Shown here: positions 16,785-25,358 of the stretch, piece after piece | Layout of the letters: each line of letters starts with the position of its first letter | Numbering within the stretch: the stretch's first letter is position 1 | Source: Candidatus Nitrosopumilus koreensis AR1 | GTDB taxonomy: Archaea; Thermoproteota; Nitrososphaeria; Nitrososphaerales; Nitrosopumilaceae | Direction: 5' to 3' | DNA: 32,000 nt | Assembly (NCBI RefSeq): GCF_000299365.1 | Contig: NC_018655.1 | Span: 990,001 to 1,022,000, forward strand | Made by a program: the position numbers and the translations under genes | The notes under the pieces: model-generated | Told to the model about the DNA's origin: nothing | The model's input: only the letters and a program-made list of their open reading frames with translations | The model's database searches: none

Positions 16785-17290
16785 TTTGTTACCTCCAGAA
16801 TGTTTTTTTGAATAGGTCCAATAACTACAAGATCTTCGGGCTCATGTCCTCCACCCAAAACATCAGTTGAAAACAGAGGTTTTTTGTTTAATTTGGCACC
16901 AATATTATCTGCAAAGTTTTGCAAAAACTTCAATGATGCATGGTTTGATGGAGTCACAGTTGCGTGTACAAATTCTATAGGCGAATCCACATTGCAAAGA
17001 GTGTGAGAAACTAATTCTTTTGCAATACCCATATTCCTAAAATCATTATTAACTGCAGCTTGCCAAACAAACAAAGTGTCAGGGTTTTTTGGAGGTATGA
17101 ATCCAGATAGAAAACCAACAATCTTTGAATCAGATTCAGCCACACAACATGTTTTTGAGAATTGGTGGCACAAGAGGACGTACAGATATTTTGAATTCTC
17201 ATCAAGAGGTTTGTTATTTTTTACCAACTCCCAAATCTGATGGGCATCACTAACTGTTGGTTCTCTGTATGTTATAGAAGTCATGATCAA
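16781..17290 (-). CDS. ectA: L-2,4-diaminobutyrate acetyltransferase
   Basis: 169-aa GNAT. It has the EctA-typical LDENSKYLYVLLCHQFSKTCCVAE and the acetyl-CoA loop RNMGIAKEL. There are 4-nt overlaps with both neighbours. Confidence 0.9.
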   Translation of the reverse strand: MIMTSITYREPTVSDAHQIWELVKNNKPLDENSKYLYVLLCHQFSKTCCVAESDSKIVGFLSGFIPPKNPDTLFVWQAAVNNDFRNMGIAKELVSHTLCNVDSPIEFVHATVTPSNHASLKFLQNFADNIGAKLNKKPLFSTDVLGGGHEPEDLVVIGPIQKNILEVTN

Positions 17291-17667
17291 AGTACTATTT
17301 TTTGAGCGTTTCCTTGAGATTGAATTTCATTTTCTTGAAATGTCTTGTCTGCTTCATTACTTGCCTCAGGCGGAACCCCTATCACAAAGGGTAGTCGTTC
17401 CCCTTCAGAAGATCCGCGTCCCATCATTAGTTTAGATAAAGTCAGAATTTTTTGTTTAGTTAAATCAGAAGAGATAGTTTGAGAGTCTGCAACAACTCCA
17501 ATATGATAAAGTTCTTTGTTAGGATTCCAGCAAATCACATCAGGTTCTACACCTTCTATAGTTGTAGGATTCTCAAAACCAGTACAGTTTGCTTGAATAA
17601 CTTGTAATCCATCTTTTTCAAATGTATCAACCAAATTTTTCACCATAGACTCTGTTGTAGTCATCAT
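17287..17667 (-). CDS. Hypothetical protein, first gene of the ect operon (hyp)
   Basis: 126 aa, translationally coupled to ectA by an ATGA overlap. As far as I recall, a hyp gene occupies the same position ahead of ectA in Nitrosopumilus maritimus. No domain recognised. Confidence 0.7.
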   Translation of the reverse strand: MMTTTESMVKNLVDTFEKDGLQVIQANCTGFENPTTIEGVEPDVICWNPNKELYHIGVVADSQTISSDLTKQKILTLSKLMMGRGSSEGERLPFVIGVPPEASNEADKTFQENEIQSQGNAQKIVL

Positions 17668-17679
17668 TAGGAATTCGAA

Positions 17680-17710
17680 GTAAAGGAAGTTAATCTTTTG
17701 TAAGCTAATG
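17680..17710 (-). promoter_or_regulatory. Candidate ect-operon promoter: AGCTTA box plus AT-rich TATA-like box
   Basis: The coding strand reads cattAGCTTAcaaaagATTAACTTcc. AGCTTA (plus-strand 17701-17706) lies 34-39 nt upstream of the ATG at 17667. The same arrangement recurs at other promoters in the window. Confidence 0.35.
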
Positions 17711-18102
17711 TATGGATTTTCAGCTCATATGTTAAACTAGTTCACTGAGATTTCCATTTTTTGCCATCTCCATTACAAACAGTTCTACGTCAGTTATTCC
17801 GCATCGTGGGAATTTTTTTTCTTTACCGTTTTGATTTTTCACAACAATCATATCATCAAAAAGATAGATGTCTAAGGAGTTTTTTTCAAACATGATAAAT
17901 CATTCCAGATCTATCTGCAAAGGTAACTTTTTTGAACTACGTATAGAACACGACAGAAGCAAAAAAGAACTTTCCATTAGAAGAATTTTTCAAAAATTTC
18001 TATTATTGTTTTATAAGCTATTTCATTGAAATTCAATTCTAAAACATAATTTAGTATTTTTTATGAATACACTGTTAATTAAACTGAGAATTTGTTGGAA
18101 GC

Positions 18103-18417
18103 ATGGGAAAACGTCAAGTAAAAAATGAAAGTGCATTAAAGGAAATAAAATTGCCAGAAACAGAAGAAGAGATGTTTGGCAGAGTAATCAAAATGATGGG
18201 GGGAGAAAATGTAATGGTAAAATGTGCAGACAAGGTAGTTCGAAGAGGAAGAATAAGGGGCAAATTGAAAAGAAGAGTATGGATCAGAGATAATGACGTG
18301 GTGATTATCGCACCATGGGAGTTCGGAAAGGATCAAAGAGGAGATATTTTATGGCGATACACATTGCCGCAGGTGGATTGGCTAAAACAAAACAAGCACA
18401 TCCCACTAGATTTTTAG
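18103..18417 (+). CDS. eif1a: Translation initiation factor aIF-1A
   Basis: EEMFGRVIKMMGGENVMVKCADKVVRRGRIRGKLKRRVWIRDNDVVIIAPWEF...GDILWRY is the conserved S1-like OB-fold core of aIF-1A/eIF1A. Confidence 0.9.
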   Translation: MGKRQVKNESALKEIKLPETEEEMFGRVIKMMGGENVMVKCADKVVRRGRIRGKLKRRVWIRDNDVVIIAPWEFGKDQRGDILWRYTLPQVDWLKQNKHIPLDF

Positions 18418-18455
18418 ATTTAATTGACAAAATGATGGAATCTTGAATATCAGAG

Positions 18456-19346
18456 TTACAATACAGTCCTAAGACTCTTACATCTGTTTCTTATTGTCAC
18501 TTCAGTGATACCTGCAGCATCAGCAATATCTTTTTGAGTTCTGTTTTCTTCCAGATCAGCACTTGCAAGATACAGTGCTGATGCAGCTAGTCCCATAGGA
18601 TGTTTACCTGCAAGTTCATTTTGTTTTTCAGCTTTTTTCAAAATTTTCATAGCATTTCTTTTTGTTTTTTCTGATAAATCAGCATTACTTGCAATCTTTG
18701 CAATACACGAAACAGAATCGACTACAGGCATTTTTAATTCCAATTCTTTGAAAATCAATCTATAACTTGCAGTGAGTTCTTTCTTTTTTATCCCCATCGA
18801 TGTTGCAACTTCTTGCAATGTACGAGGTGTCTCAGATTCACGACATGCAGCATAGAGTGCAGCAGACACTAGTGCAGCAATAGAACGTCCACGAACAAGT
18901 TTTTTTTCTAAAGATTTTCTGTAGATATACGATGCTTTTTCTATAACTGCATCAGGTAAAGACAATTTTTCTTTTAATTTCAATAGTTCAGATAGTGCTT
19001 GCTGAAGATTTCGATCATCATTATTTTTTACACGACTTCTACTATCCCATTTTCGGAGTCGTTTCAGAGAGGATTTCATTGATACAGATAATGGATTTCC
19101 AGAAGAATCTTTATCAAAAGGATTAATCATGGTACTAAGACCACGATCATGTCGTGCTAAAGTTGTTTTATCGCCAGAATGGGATTTGTTTGTAGTAGAA
19201 TTTGTAAATGTTCTTCCAGGTCCACTATCATGTACTTTTTCATCTAACACCATTCCGCATTTTGAACAAAAAACTTCTTGAGATTCAACATCAGTAACAA
19301 CAGCATTCTTTCCACATCGAGGACATTTTGTTTCTTGTAAACTCAT
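18456..19346 (-). CDS. tfb: Transcription initiation factor TFB (full length)
   Basis: It has a zinc ribbon (CPRCGKNAVVTDVESQEVFCSKCGMVLDE), a B-reader/linker (HDRGLSTMI) and two cyclin-like repeats (ASYIYRKSLEKKLVRGRSIAALVSAALYAACR; HPMGLAASALYLAS). Confidence 0.92.
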   Translation of the reverse strand: MSLQETKCPRCGKNAVVTDVESQEVFCSKCGMVLDEKVHDSGPGRTFTNSTTNKSHSGDKTTLARHDRGLSTMINPFDKDSSGNPLSVSMKSSLKRLRKWDSRSRVKNNDDRNLQQALSELLKLKEKLSLPDAVIEKASYIYRKSLEKKLVRGRSIAALVSAALYAACRESETPRTLQEVATSMGIKKKELTASYRLIFKELELKMPVVDSVSCIAKIASNADLSEKTKRNAMKILKKAEKQNELAGKHPMGLAASALYLASADLEENRTQKDIADAAGITEVTIRNRCKSLRTVL

Positions 19347-19369
19347 AGCAATATCAAAAATATTTTGTG

Positions 19370-20233
19370 CTAGATTTCAGTATGTTTCCTTGATTTTTCA
19401 GAAATCGAAACAATACTAGTCTCGAGTTTTTTAGGACTTGCAATGTAAAAATCTGCATAAAAATGACCATCATCTTCAAGCCACTTTGTGTCTATTCCCA
19501 TACTATGCAAAAGAGACAGAGTTTTGTGTTTTTCTTCCGAGTCTGAGAACATTCTCTGTTGGATTGGTTTTATGTCGCTTTTTACAAGAGAGTACCCAAA
19601 ATGATCAAAAGTTTTCTCAATTTTTTCCATATCAAACATCCTTAAAACAGAGAATGCAAAAATAGGTCCTTTTTCCAGAATGTCTAAGTCAGATCCAGAT
19701 TGCTGTCGCTTAATTAACTCAAAGAGATTGGAAAATGCCTTGTATCCAATATAACCAATACAGCCAGTTGCAATTATCATATCAGCACTAGGTATTTCTT
19801 TTATTGGCAGATCCCCAGATTCCAGATTGACACATATTCCTTTTTTGCAAAGTCCAGTATTTTCAGAGAATTTTAGTGCAGGTTCAGATATGTCTATTTG
19901 ATAAAAATCAAACATGTCGTCAGTTGAAAGATTTTCAAAAAAATGTTTTGATTGTTCGGTTGAAGGCTCCTGTTTTAAAAAAAAGTCATCTAACTCAGAC
20001 ATTTTTAGATCATATTTCATCAATGCAGAATTGATTCCATAAGAGCTTCCAATATCTAAAATGTTAATTTTTTTTGAAAGTTTTTTGAAAAGTTGTTTAG
20101 CAATAGAGAGATACAATGGCTTAGTTTTATCAGGAATTCTATAGTCTAATCTCTTCATTTCTTTAAGGTATGAATTTGGAAGTTTTTGTGTGTAAATGTT
20201 TGTAAAATCTTTTTTTACAGCCAGTTCTTCCAT
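19370..20233 (-). CDS. Putative class I SAM-dependent methyltransferase-like protein
   Basis: Motif-I-like INILDIGSSYGINS, an acidic beta2 end (FYQIDIS) and a motif-II-like ADMIIATGCIGYIG. I place the start at the internal ATG at 20233 (MEELAVKK). The upstream 32 codons look non-coding, and GGTTTTATAACGG lies 31-43 nt upstream of that ATG. Confidence 0.55.
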   Translation of the reverse strand: MEELAVKKDFTNIYTQKLPNSYLKEMKRLDYRIPDKTKPLYLSIAKQLFKKLSKKINILDIGSSYGINSALMKYDLKMSELDDFFLKQEPSTEQSKHFFENLSTDDMFDFYQIDISEPALKFSENTGLCKKGICVNLESGDLPIKEIPSADMIIATGCIGYIGYKAFSNLFELIKRQQSGSDLDILEKGPIFAFSVLRMFDMEKIEKTFDHFGYSLVKSDIKPIQQRMFSDSEEKHKTLSLLHSMGIDTKWLEDDGHFYADFYIASPKKLETSIVSISEKSRKHTEI

Positions 20234-20433
20234 GTGGCAAATTGTTATCATAGCACCCGTTATAAAACCATCGATGAAATTGTTGGTTATTGTAATAAAA
20301 TAACACATTTTAAATGAATTTAGTAACATGGGTTAGTGCAGATGAAGTTGATACAATCTACGTTACGCTCACTGCAACTAATCCCATGGTATTATCAAAA
20401 ATACTATAAATGATAATCGTATAACAAATGTTA

Positions 20434-20589
20434 ATGATGAGTGAACCACCAAAATCATCATCAGGGGACGAAATTTGCCCAATGTGCAAACGTAAAAAAA
20501 GTAATCATACAAACGAAGAGATGCTTGCATGTTCTAGAAAATTACAAGAATTTAACAAAGAGAACACAGGCGGTGCAGGCATAGAATAA
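20434..20589 (+). CDS. Small Cys-containing protein (51 aa), hypothetical
   Basis: Translation MMSEPPKSSSGDEICPMCKRKKSNHTNEEMLACSRKLQEFNKENTGGAGIE. A TATA-like AATACTATAAATGAT lies about 21-35 nt upstream of the ATG. It is below the ORF-track cutoff. Confidence 0.35.
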   Translation: MMSEPPKSSSGDEICPMCKRKKSNHTNEEMLACSRKLQEFNKENTGGAGIE

Positions 20590-20663
20590 TTTTAAAAAAA
20601 TTTAGCTTGAAACAAATTTTTTTGTCAACAATCTATTTCAAACAATAAATTTACAAAAATACA

Positions 20664-20855
20664 ATGACTCAAATAGAATATGACAAAGAGAAATTACAAA
20701 ATTATGAAAATCTACAAAAAGAGTATAAGATACTTTTAGAAGAATATGAAGACATTAAATCAAAAGATTCCAAAGATCCCAGCCTGGAAGAAAAAATCAA
20801 AGAGTTAGTAAAAAAACAAAAAGAGATTCAAGATCTTTCTTCAGAACTATCATAA
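20664..20855 (+). CDS. Small acidic coiled-coil protein, hypothetical
   Basis: 63 aa, E/K-rich and heptad-like (LQNYENLQKEYKILLEEYEDIKSK...KELVKKQKEIQDL). Confidence 0.45.
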   Translation: MTQIEYDKEKLQNYENLQKEYKILLEEYEDIKSKDSKDPSLEEKIKELVKKQKEIQDLSSELS

Positions 20856-21145
20856 TAATACAATAGGAATAAAACCATAGTTTTCGTACTCATTTTGTGT
20901 AGAATTTCACAAAATGGCAGCATAGTAAATCAGATAATTAAATTATAGAAAAATAAGTGTGAGAAGAGCTTTTTAGTTACTTGGTTGAAGTTGCTCTTTT
21001 TAGGGCTTTTTGATAAACGGCCTTCTTTTTGCGTGCAGATTTTTCTGCAGTTCGCAATGTTTTTTTCAGGCTTTTGATCTTGTTGTTTGCTTTTTGCATG
21101 TCCCGTTTTCTTTTGTTTGCAACTTGTTGTGCACGTCTTTTTGCT

Positions 21146-21349
21146 TTACTTACAGCACTTTTTTGCTTTTCTTACAGTACGTTTTGCTTTTCTAGTTGCT
21201 TTTCTAGCTGTCTTTCTAGCTGTCTTTCTAGCTGTCTTTCTAGCTGTCTTTCTAGCTGTCTTTCTAGCTGTCTTTCTAGCTGTCTTTCTAGCTGGTTTAC
21301 GGGCTGTTTTTCTTGTTGTTTTACGTCTAGCCGTACGTTTTGCTGCCAT
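21146..21349 (-). CDS. Basic (ARKT)n repeat protein, paralog of 9832-10272; probably continues to 20977 across a frameshift
   Basis: Translation MAAKRTARRKTTRKTARKPARKT(ARKT)7.. ends at a TAA 9 nt after an A6 run. Removing one A opens 58 further basic codons (SAVSKAKRRAQQVANKRKR...KKKAVYQKALKRATSTK), ending at the stop at 20977-20979. That tail resembles the C-terminus of the 9832-10272 protein. Confidence 0.6.
   Translation of the reverse strand: MAAKRTARRKTTRKTARKPARKTARKTARKTARKTARKTARKTARKTARKATRKAKRTVRKAKKCCK
21191..21298. repeat. 12-bp microsatellite: 7 perfect copies flanked by 2 degenerate copies
   Basis: tctagctgtctt occurs 7 times (21203-21286), flanked by tctagttgcttt and tctagctggttt. 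The array leaves 5 of 6 reading frames open, which generates the overlapping artefact ORFs in the track. Confidence 0.95.
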
Positions 21350-21522
21350 GTTAAAATTTTAAATCGGTAAAGTAAATAACCCAAACATCAGGAATTTTTT
21401 AGGATAACTCAACTTTTTTAAATGAATTTTATTTTGAGATAAAAAATTTGTTGAAAGAATTAGAGTTAAAATTATTTTTAATATACCAACGATTACATTA
21501 ACAGGATATTTCTGAAGAAGGT

Positions 21523-22335
21523 GTGGTGAGAAGGTACAAACCAACAATCTCATACCGGTTAAAAGAGATCCCAATTAAACAGATCAGAGTATGGAAAGAA
21601 GCTCAGGCACGAAAGCTTGACAGAGAAAACATTTCAGAATTAGCAAAATCAATTAAAAATGAAGGATTGTTAAATCCACCATTAGTTCAAAAAGAAAACA
21701 AAAACACATTCTTGTTAATGTCAGGACAAAGAAGACTGGCTGCAATGAAGAGGTTAGGAGCAAAGAAAATTCCAGTTCACGTACTAACAAAACAAACATC
21801 GTACGATCTAGATAATGCAAAAGCTGCCTCAGTGGTTGAAAACATCCACAGAAAAGACATGAATCACAAAGAAATTGCAGATTCTTGTAAGTTTCTTACA
21901 GAACATGTGGGCAAATCTGCCGCTGCAAAATCCATGGGAATGTCAAGAATCACACTAAACAAATACTTAGGATTTGCAGGAGTTCCAGACAAATTAAAAG
22001 CACTTGTACCTCACCTAATTTCTCGAGATGAAATGACAAAACTCTACATGGCAATTCCAAATATCAAAAATGCAGAAAGGATTGCAGAACGTATTTCAAA
22101 ACTAGAAACAGGTTTGCGAAGAAGATACATTCAGGCATTATCAAAATCACCCAAATCAACACATCAAAAATTGTTAAAACGGGCAAAAAATATGCGAATC
22201 AAGCAGAAATTATCAATTAAACTATCCAAGACAAATGCAAGAAAGCTTGCAAGCCAATCAAACAAAAAAGAACTCTCACCAGATGAATTTGCAGAAAAAA
22301 TAATTTCAGATTATCTCAAGCGTAAAAGAAGATAG
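21523..22335 (+). CDS. ParB/Srx-fold (ParB-like nuclease domain) DNA-binding protein
   Basis: GTG start. The N-terminal ParB-N motif is IPIKQIRVW...ISELAKSIKNEGLLNPPLVQ...FLLMSGQRRLAAMKRLGAKKIPVHV. It is followed by an HTH-like middle region (KSAAAKSMGMSRITLNKYL) and a basic C-terminal tail. There is no adjacent ParA. Confidence 0.8.
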   Translation: MVRRYKPTISYRLKEIPIKQIRVWKEAQARKLDRENISELAKSIKNEGLLNPPLVQKENKNTFLLMSGQRRLAAMKRLGAKKIPVHVLTKQTSYDLDNAKAASVVENIHRKDMNHKEIADSCKFLTEHVGKSAAAKSMGMSRITLNKYLGFAGVPDKLKALVPHLISRDEMTKLYMAIPNIKNAERIAERISKLETGLRRRYIQALSKSPKSTHQKLLKRAKNMRIKQKLSIKLSKTNARKLASQSNKKELSPDEFAEKIISDYLKRKRR

Positions 22336-22411
22336 AATTAATTAAAAAATAGATTTTCTATATTGCAAATTAGATACATAGTTTTAGTATAAGAAATTAA
22401 AATCACAAGTA

Positions 22412-23620
22412 ATGGTACCAGAGTTTGACGTAATCCCCATAATTATAGGGATTTTGTTTTTAGTTTTTCCTGCTTTGCTTTTGGGCAAACTGTGTTCTCA
22501 TTTTAAAATCTCAGAAGTCATCGGATTTGTATTTGCTGGAATTATTTTGGGCCCTACTGCCCTTGGAGGATTAATTCCAATTTTTGGTAAACCCATTGTG
22601 GAACTAAACGATGTAATGTTGGCATTATGGCAAATTTCTGGAATAATTATTTTGTTTTCTGCAGGTCTGCATTTTACATTCCATGATCTAATCAAGGCAG
22701 GTCCAAAAGCTGCGATAATTGGAGTGTTTGGAGTTATCACACCATTAGTTATAGGATATTTTGCTGTAGTATGGATGGGCTTTGATTGGACGGTTGCAGT
22801 ACTTATCGGTGCAACACTTAGTGCAACAAGTATAGCAGTGTCAGTATCAATTTTAGAAGAAATAGGAAAAGAGAGAACAGAAGAAGGAAATGTTTTGGTA
22901 AATGCTGCGGTGTTAGATGATGTATTAGGACTGGCAATTCTTTCAGCAGCAATCACATTAGTTGCATCAAAAACAATTCCAACAATAGAATCAGTAGTCA
23001 TCACAACAATCACAGATATAGGATTGTGGTTTTTGATACTACTTGGAGCAGTTTATCTTTTACCAAAAATTGTTCAGGTGGTATCTAAAACACACCCATC
23101 AACATTAGAAGCTAGAGGAATCAGACATGGTGTCGCATTAGGATCAGCATTTGGTTTGGCTGCAATTTCATCAAGTGTTGGATTGAATCCTATTGTGGGT
23201 GCTTTTGCGGCAGGTATGGGACTTGCAGGATCAAAACTAGCAATTCAAGTTAAAGAATTTGTTGGTAGATTGAAAGTAATTGTAGCCCCTTTGTTTTTTG
23301 CAATTATTGGAGCTCATGTAGACATTACACAAATCTCATCAATTAACTGGGTGTTATTTGCAGTAATTTTGGGTGCGGCAGTTTTTTCAAAGGTTTTTGG
23401 CTGCGGGATACCAGCGACAATTTTGTTGAAAAGCAAACAAAAGGGTTTTCGAATAGGTTATGGCATGATATCCAGAGGAGAAGTATCTTTTATCATAGCA
23501 GGAATAGGATTATCATTTGAAATGTTTTCAGAAGAGGTTTACTCTACAATCATCTTTGCCATTTTGGCAACAATTTTCATTGCACCTATTTTACTGAGGA
23601 AATCATTTAATTCAGATTAA
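22412..23620 (+). CDS. Cation:proton antiporter, CPA2 (Kef/NapA-type sodium/hydrogen exchanger family), no RCK domain
   Basis: 402 aa, polytopic with about 11-13 TM helices. It has a glycine-rich N-terminal TM region (GFVFAGIILGPTALGGL) and ATLSATSIAVSVSILEEIGK, typical of the family. Confidence 0.88.
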   Translation: MVPEFDVIPIIIGILFLVFPALLLGKLCSHFKISEVIGFVFAGIILGPTALGGLIPIFGKPIVELNDVMLALWQISGIIILFSAGLHFTFHDLIKAGPKAAIIGVFGVITPLVIGYFAVVWMGFDWTVAVLIGATLSATSIAVSVSILEEIGKERTEEGNVLVNAAVLDDVLGLAILSAAITLVASKTIPTIESVVITTITDIGLWFLILLGAVYLLPKIVQVVSKTHPSTLEARGIRHGVALGSAFGLAAISSSVGLNPIVGAFAAGMGLAGSKLAIQVKEFVGRLKVIVAPLFFAIIGAHVDITQISSINWVLFAVILGAAVFSKVFGCGIPATILLKSKQKGFRIGYGMISRGEVSFIIAGIGLSFEMFSEEVYSTIIFAILATIFIAPILLRKSFNSD

Positions 23621-23747
23621 AATTAAAATAATCATAACATACGATCATTTCACATCATAATTACATAAAATTAGAATTAGTAGTCCAGACTAATTAGCTG
23701 GCTCTAATTTTAGAACTGTTTTTAAATTAATTTCAAGACAATATACC

Positions 23748-23936
23748 ATGCAAAAACAATCGTGCAAAATTTGTGATTCAAAGTTAGAAATTGAACATAG
23801 ATGTAAATTCTGCAACGAACCAACAAGATTATTCTGTCACACTTGTGGAGTTATGGCTGAAAAATCTATGCATCCAGCATGCATGGTAATAGACATGAAT
23901 AACATGGTTCTAGAAGCACAAACATGCAGCAACTAA
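23748..23936 (+). CDS. Small zinc-ribbon-like Cys-rich protein
   Basis: 62 aa with three CxxC pairs (CKIC...CKFC...CHTC). A TATA-like GTTTTTAAATTAAT lies about 17-30 nt upstream. Confidence 0.5.
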   Translation: MQKQSCKICDSKLEIEHRCKFCNEPTRLFCHTCGVMAEKSMHPACMVIDMNNMVLEAQTCSN

Positions 23937-23958
23937 CTTTTTTATTTTTGTTCCAATT

Positions 23959-24387
23959 TTACTTAGACTTGTTTTTTCTGGGTTTTGCGTGAAAAATATT
24001 TCCTTTGTATTTTTTAATCGGTCCACGTAGTCTACCAAGAATGTCTCTGATTTTAGATTCTTTTGATTTTAATTTACCATCCTCAACAAAGGCATCATCT
24101 TTATGAATTAACCAAGAATGAGTTGCCCAACTTCCACTAGAACGTTTTCCAGCAATTCTTTGTGTATGGCCCTCTCTTCCCACATCATGTGTGCGGAATA
24201 AATCAAATTCAGATTTTGGTCTGATTATTACTCTATAGTAATCACCATTATTCCCCATTCCTGGTTTTTTTCTAGAAACACCGTCAGTCTGTCTGGTTTT
24301 TCTTTGACGATGGGACATGTTTTTCCAAGCAGTCTGCGCTTTTTTGATATTTTGTCGGGCAGCCTGAATTTGTTTTAGAGTAGCCAT
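23959..24387 (-). CDS. Basic hypothetical protein (142 aa)
   Basis: Long ORF with a K/R-rich N-terminus and C-terminus. No family recognised. Confidence 0.6.
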   Translation of the reverse strand: MATLKQIQAARQNIKKAQTAWKNMSHRQRKTRQTDGVSRKKPGMGNNGDYYRVIIRPKSEFDLFRTHDVGREGHTQRIAGKRSSGSWATHSWLIHKDDAFVEDGKLKSKESKIRDILGRLRGPIKKYKGNIFHAKPRKNKSK

Positions 24388-24512
24388 TGGCCAACATAGG
24401 GAAGCATATCATAATAGATTCTATAAACAACAAAGCTTAGAATCAACTACAATGTCTAAATGATATAATCAAGCTTATGAGGCATTATACCAATTAATGG
24501 TCAATAAACAAC

Positions 24513-25076
24513 ATGAATGACTCAACAACCAAAACATGTCTATTTGTGTTGATTGCAACCATAGTTTCTACTATGACATATGGGTATGCAATGGCAGCAG
24601 AAATTACATTGAGTACTGATGAAACAGTGTTTGAGCAAACTTCAAGGATATTTTTGACAGGAACAGTTGATCCACAAAATCAATTCTACGAACCAGTAGA
24701 ACTTGTGATTTATGACAAAGACGACACTCCCATCATGTATTCTCAAAGCAAAATTGACTACAACAATGAGTTTTCTGCCCTAATAACAGGTCCTCTAGGA
24801 TCTTTTGAATTGGGAGAGTACAAGATTGTAGCAAATCATCCTGCAGCATCAAATTCTGCAAGCATAGTAATTGACATAAACAGACCCATAGAACAAAACA
24901 AACTAGTGTTTGGAATGGCACCCTTAGAACAGATGAATGTAGGCATTACGCCAACAAATGTTGTATGTGATGAACAATATGTCTTGATGTATAACGAGTA
25001 CAGAGGGTCCCCAGCATGTGTGACACCTTCAACTGCAGTTGTTTTGGAAGATAGAGAATGGGGAATCATTCTTTAA
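24513..25076 (+). CDS. Secreted hypothetical protein
   Basis: 187 aa with a signal peptide (CLFVLIATIVSTMTYGYAMA-AE) and a Cys pair near the C-terminus. AGCTTA lies 36-41 nt upstream. Confidence 0.65.
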   Translation: MNDSTTKTCLFVLIATIVSTMTYGYAMAAEITLSTDETVFEQTSRIFLTGTVDPQNQFYEPVELVIYDKDDTPIMYSQSKIDYNNEFSALITGPLGSFELGEYKIVANHPAASNSASIVIDINRPIEQNKLVFGMAPLEQMNVGITPTNVVCDEQYVLMYNEYRGSPACVTPSTAVVLEDREWGIIL

Positions 25077-25132
25077 TTCTTAATTTTTTAGATATAGAAA
25101 ATAAATTTCAAGATTATTTTTGAAGGTATTTC

Positions 25133-25252
25133 TTAATTATTTACAAATTTTTCCATTTCTTTTTTGATTTTCTTCTTATCCACCTTTTTGTCTTCTAAGG
25201 TTTTTTTCATGATATTTTTCAAATTTTGTATATCTTGATAGCTTTTACTCAT
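25133..25252 (-). CDS. Small K-rich ORF (39 aa), speculative
   Basis: Translation MSKSYQDIQNLKNIMKKTLEDKKVDKKKIKKEMEKFVNN. The only support is an AGCTTA box 37-42 nt upstream followed by TTATTTTTG, matching the promoter pattern seen elsewhere. Confidence 0.25.
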   Translation of the reverse strand: MSKSYQDIQNLKNIMKKTLEDKKVDKKKIKKEMEKFVNN

Positions 25253-25358
25253 ATGCTCAATGAGGAATTAGACAAAAATAACAGTTCATAAGCTGATATA
25301 ATTATAATAAACTTTTAAGCTTAAGATCATCTATTTATTGTCACGCTCATTATACAAT

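Noticed and set aside
17737-17893. Small minus-strand ORF upstream of the ect operon (MFEKNSLDIYLFDDMIVVKNQNGKEKK...). It would extend to about 56 aa if the A8 run (plus-strand T8 at 17813-17820) were one base shorter.
   Set aside because: As assembled it is only 34 codons. The longer form requires an assumed indel. There is no convincing promoter and no recognisable family.
19370-20329. Full 319-aa version of the methyltransferase-like ORF starting at 20329
   Set aside because: The first 32 codons (MLLNSFKMCYFITITNNFIDGFITGAMITICH) read like translated AT-rich promoter sequence. A TATA-like box lies inside them, so the internal ATG at 20233 is preferred.
21191-21298. Possible CRISPR array, considered because of regularly spaced direct repeats
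   Set aside because: The repeats are contiguous 12-bp units with no spacers. They lie inside a coding frame, and there are no cas genes nearby.
21029-21384. Overlapping ORFs 21029-21370 (+), 21087-21362 (+) and 21172-21384 (-) across the 12-bp repeat
   Set aside because: The perfect 12-bp array keeps most frames open artificially. Only the minus-strand MAAKRTARR... frame resembles the independently supported paralog at 9832-10272.
22498-23013. 171-aa minus-strand ORF inside the CPA2 antiporter gene. Similar antisense or off-frame ORFs occur inside transporters at 13151-13384, 13439-13633, 13496-13894 and 13850-14131.
   Set aside because: These overlap long ORFs that carry strong family motifs. 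Their translations are low-complexity or hydrophobic mirror sequences with no motifs.
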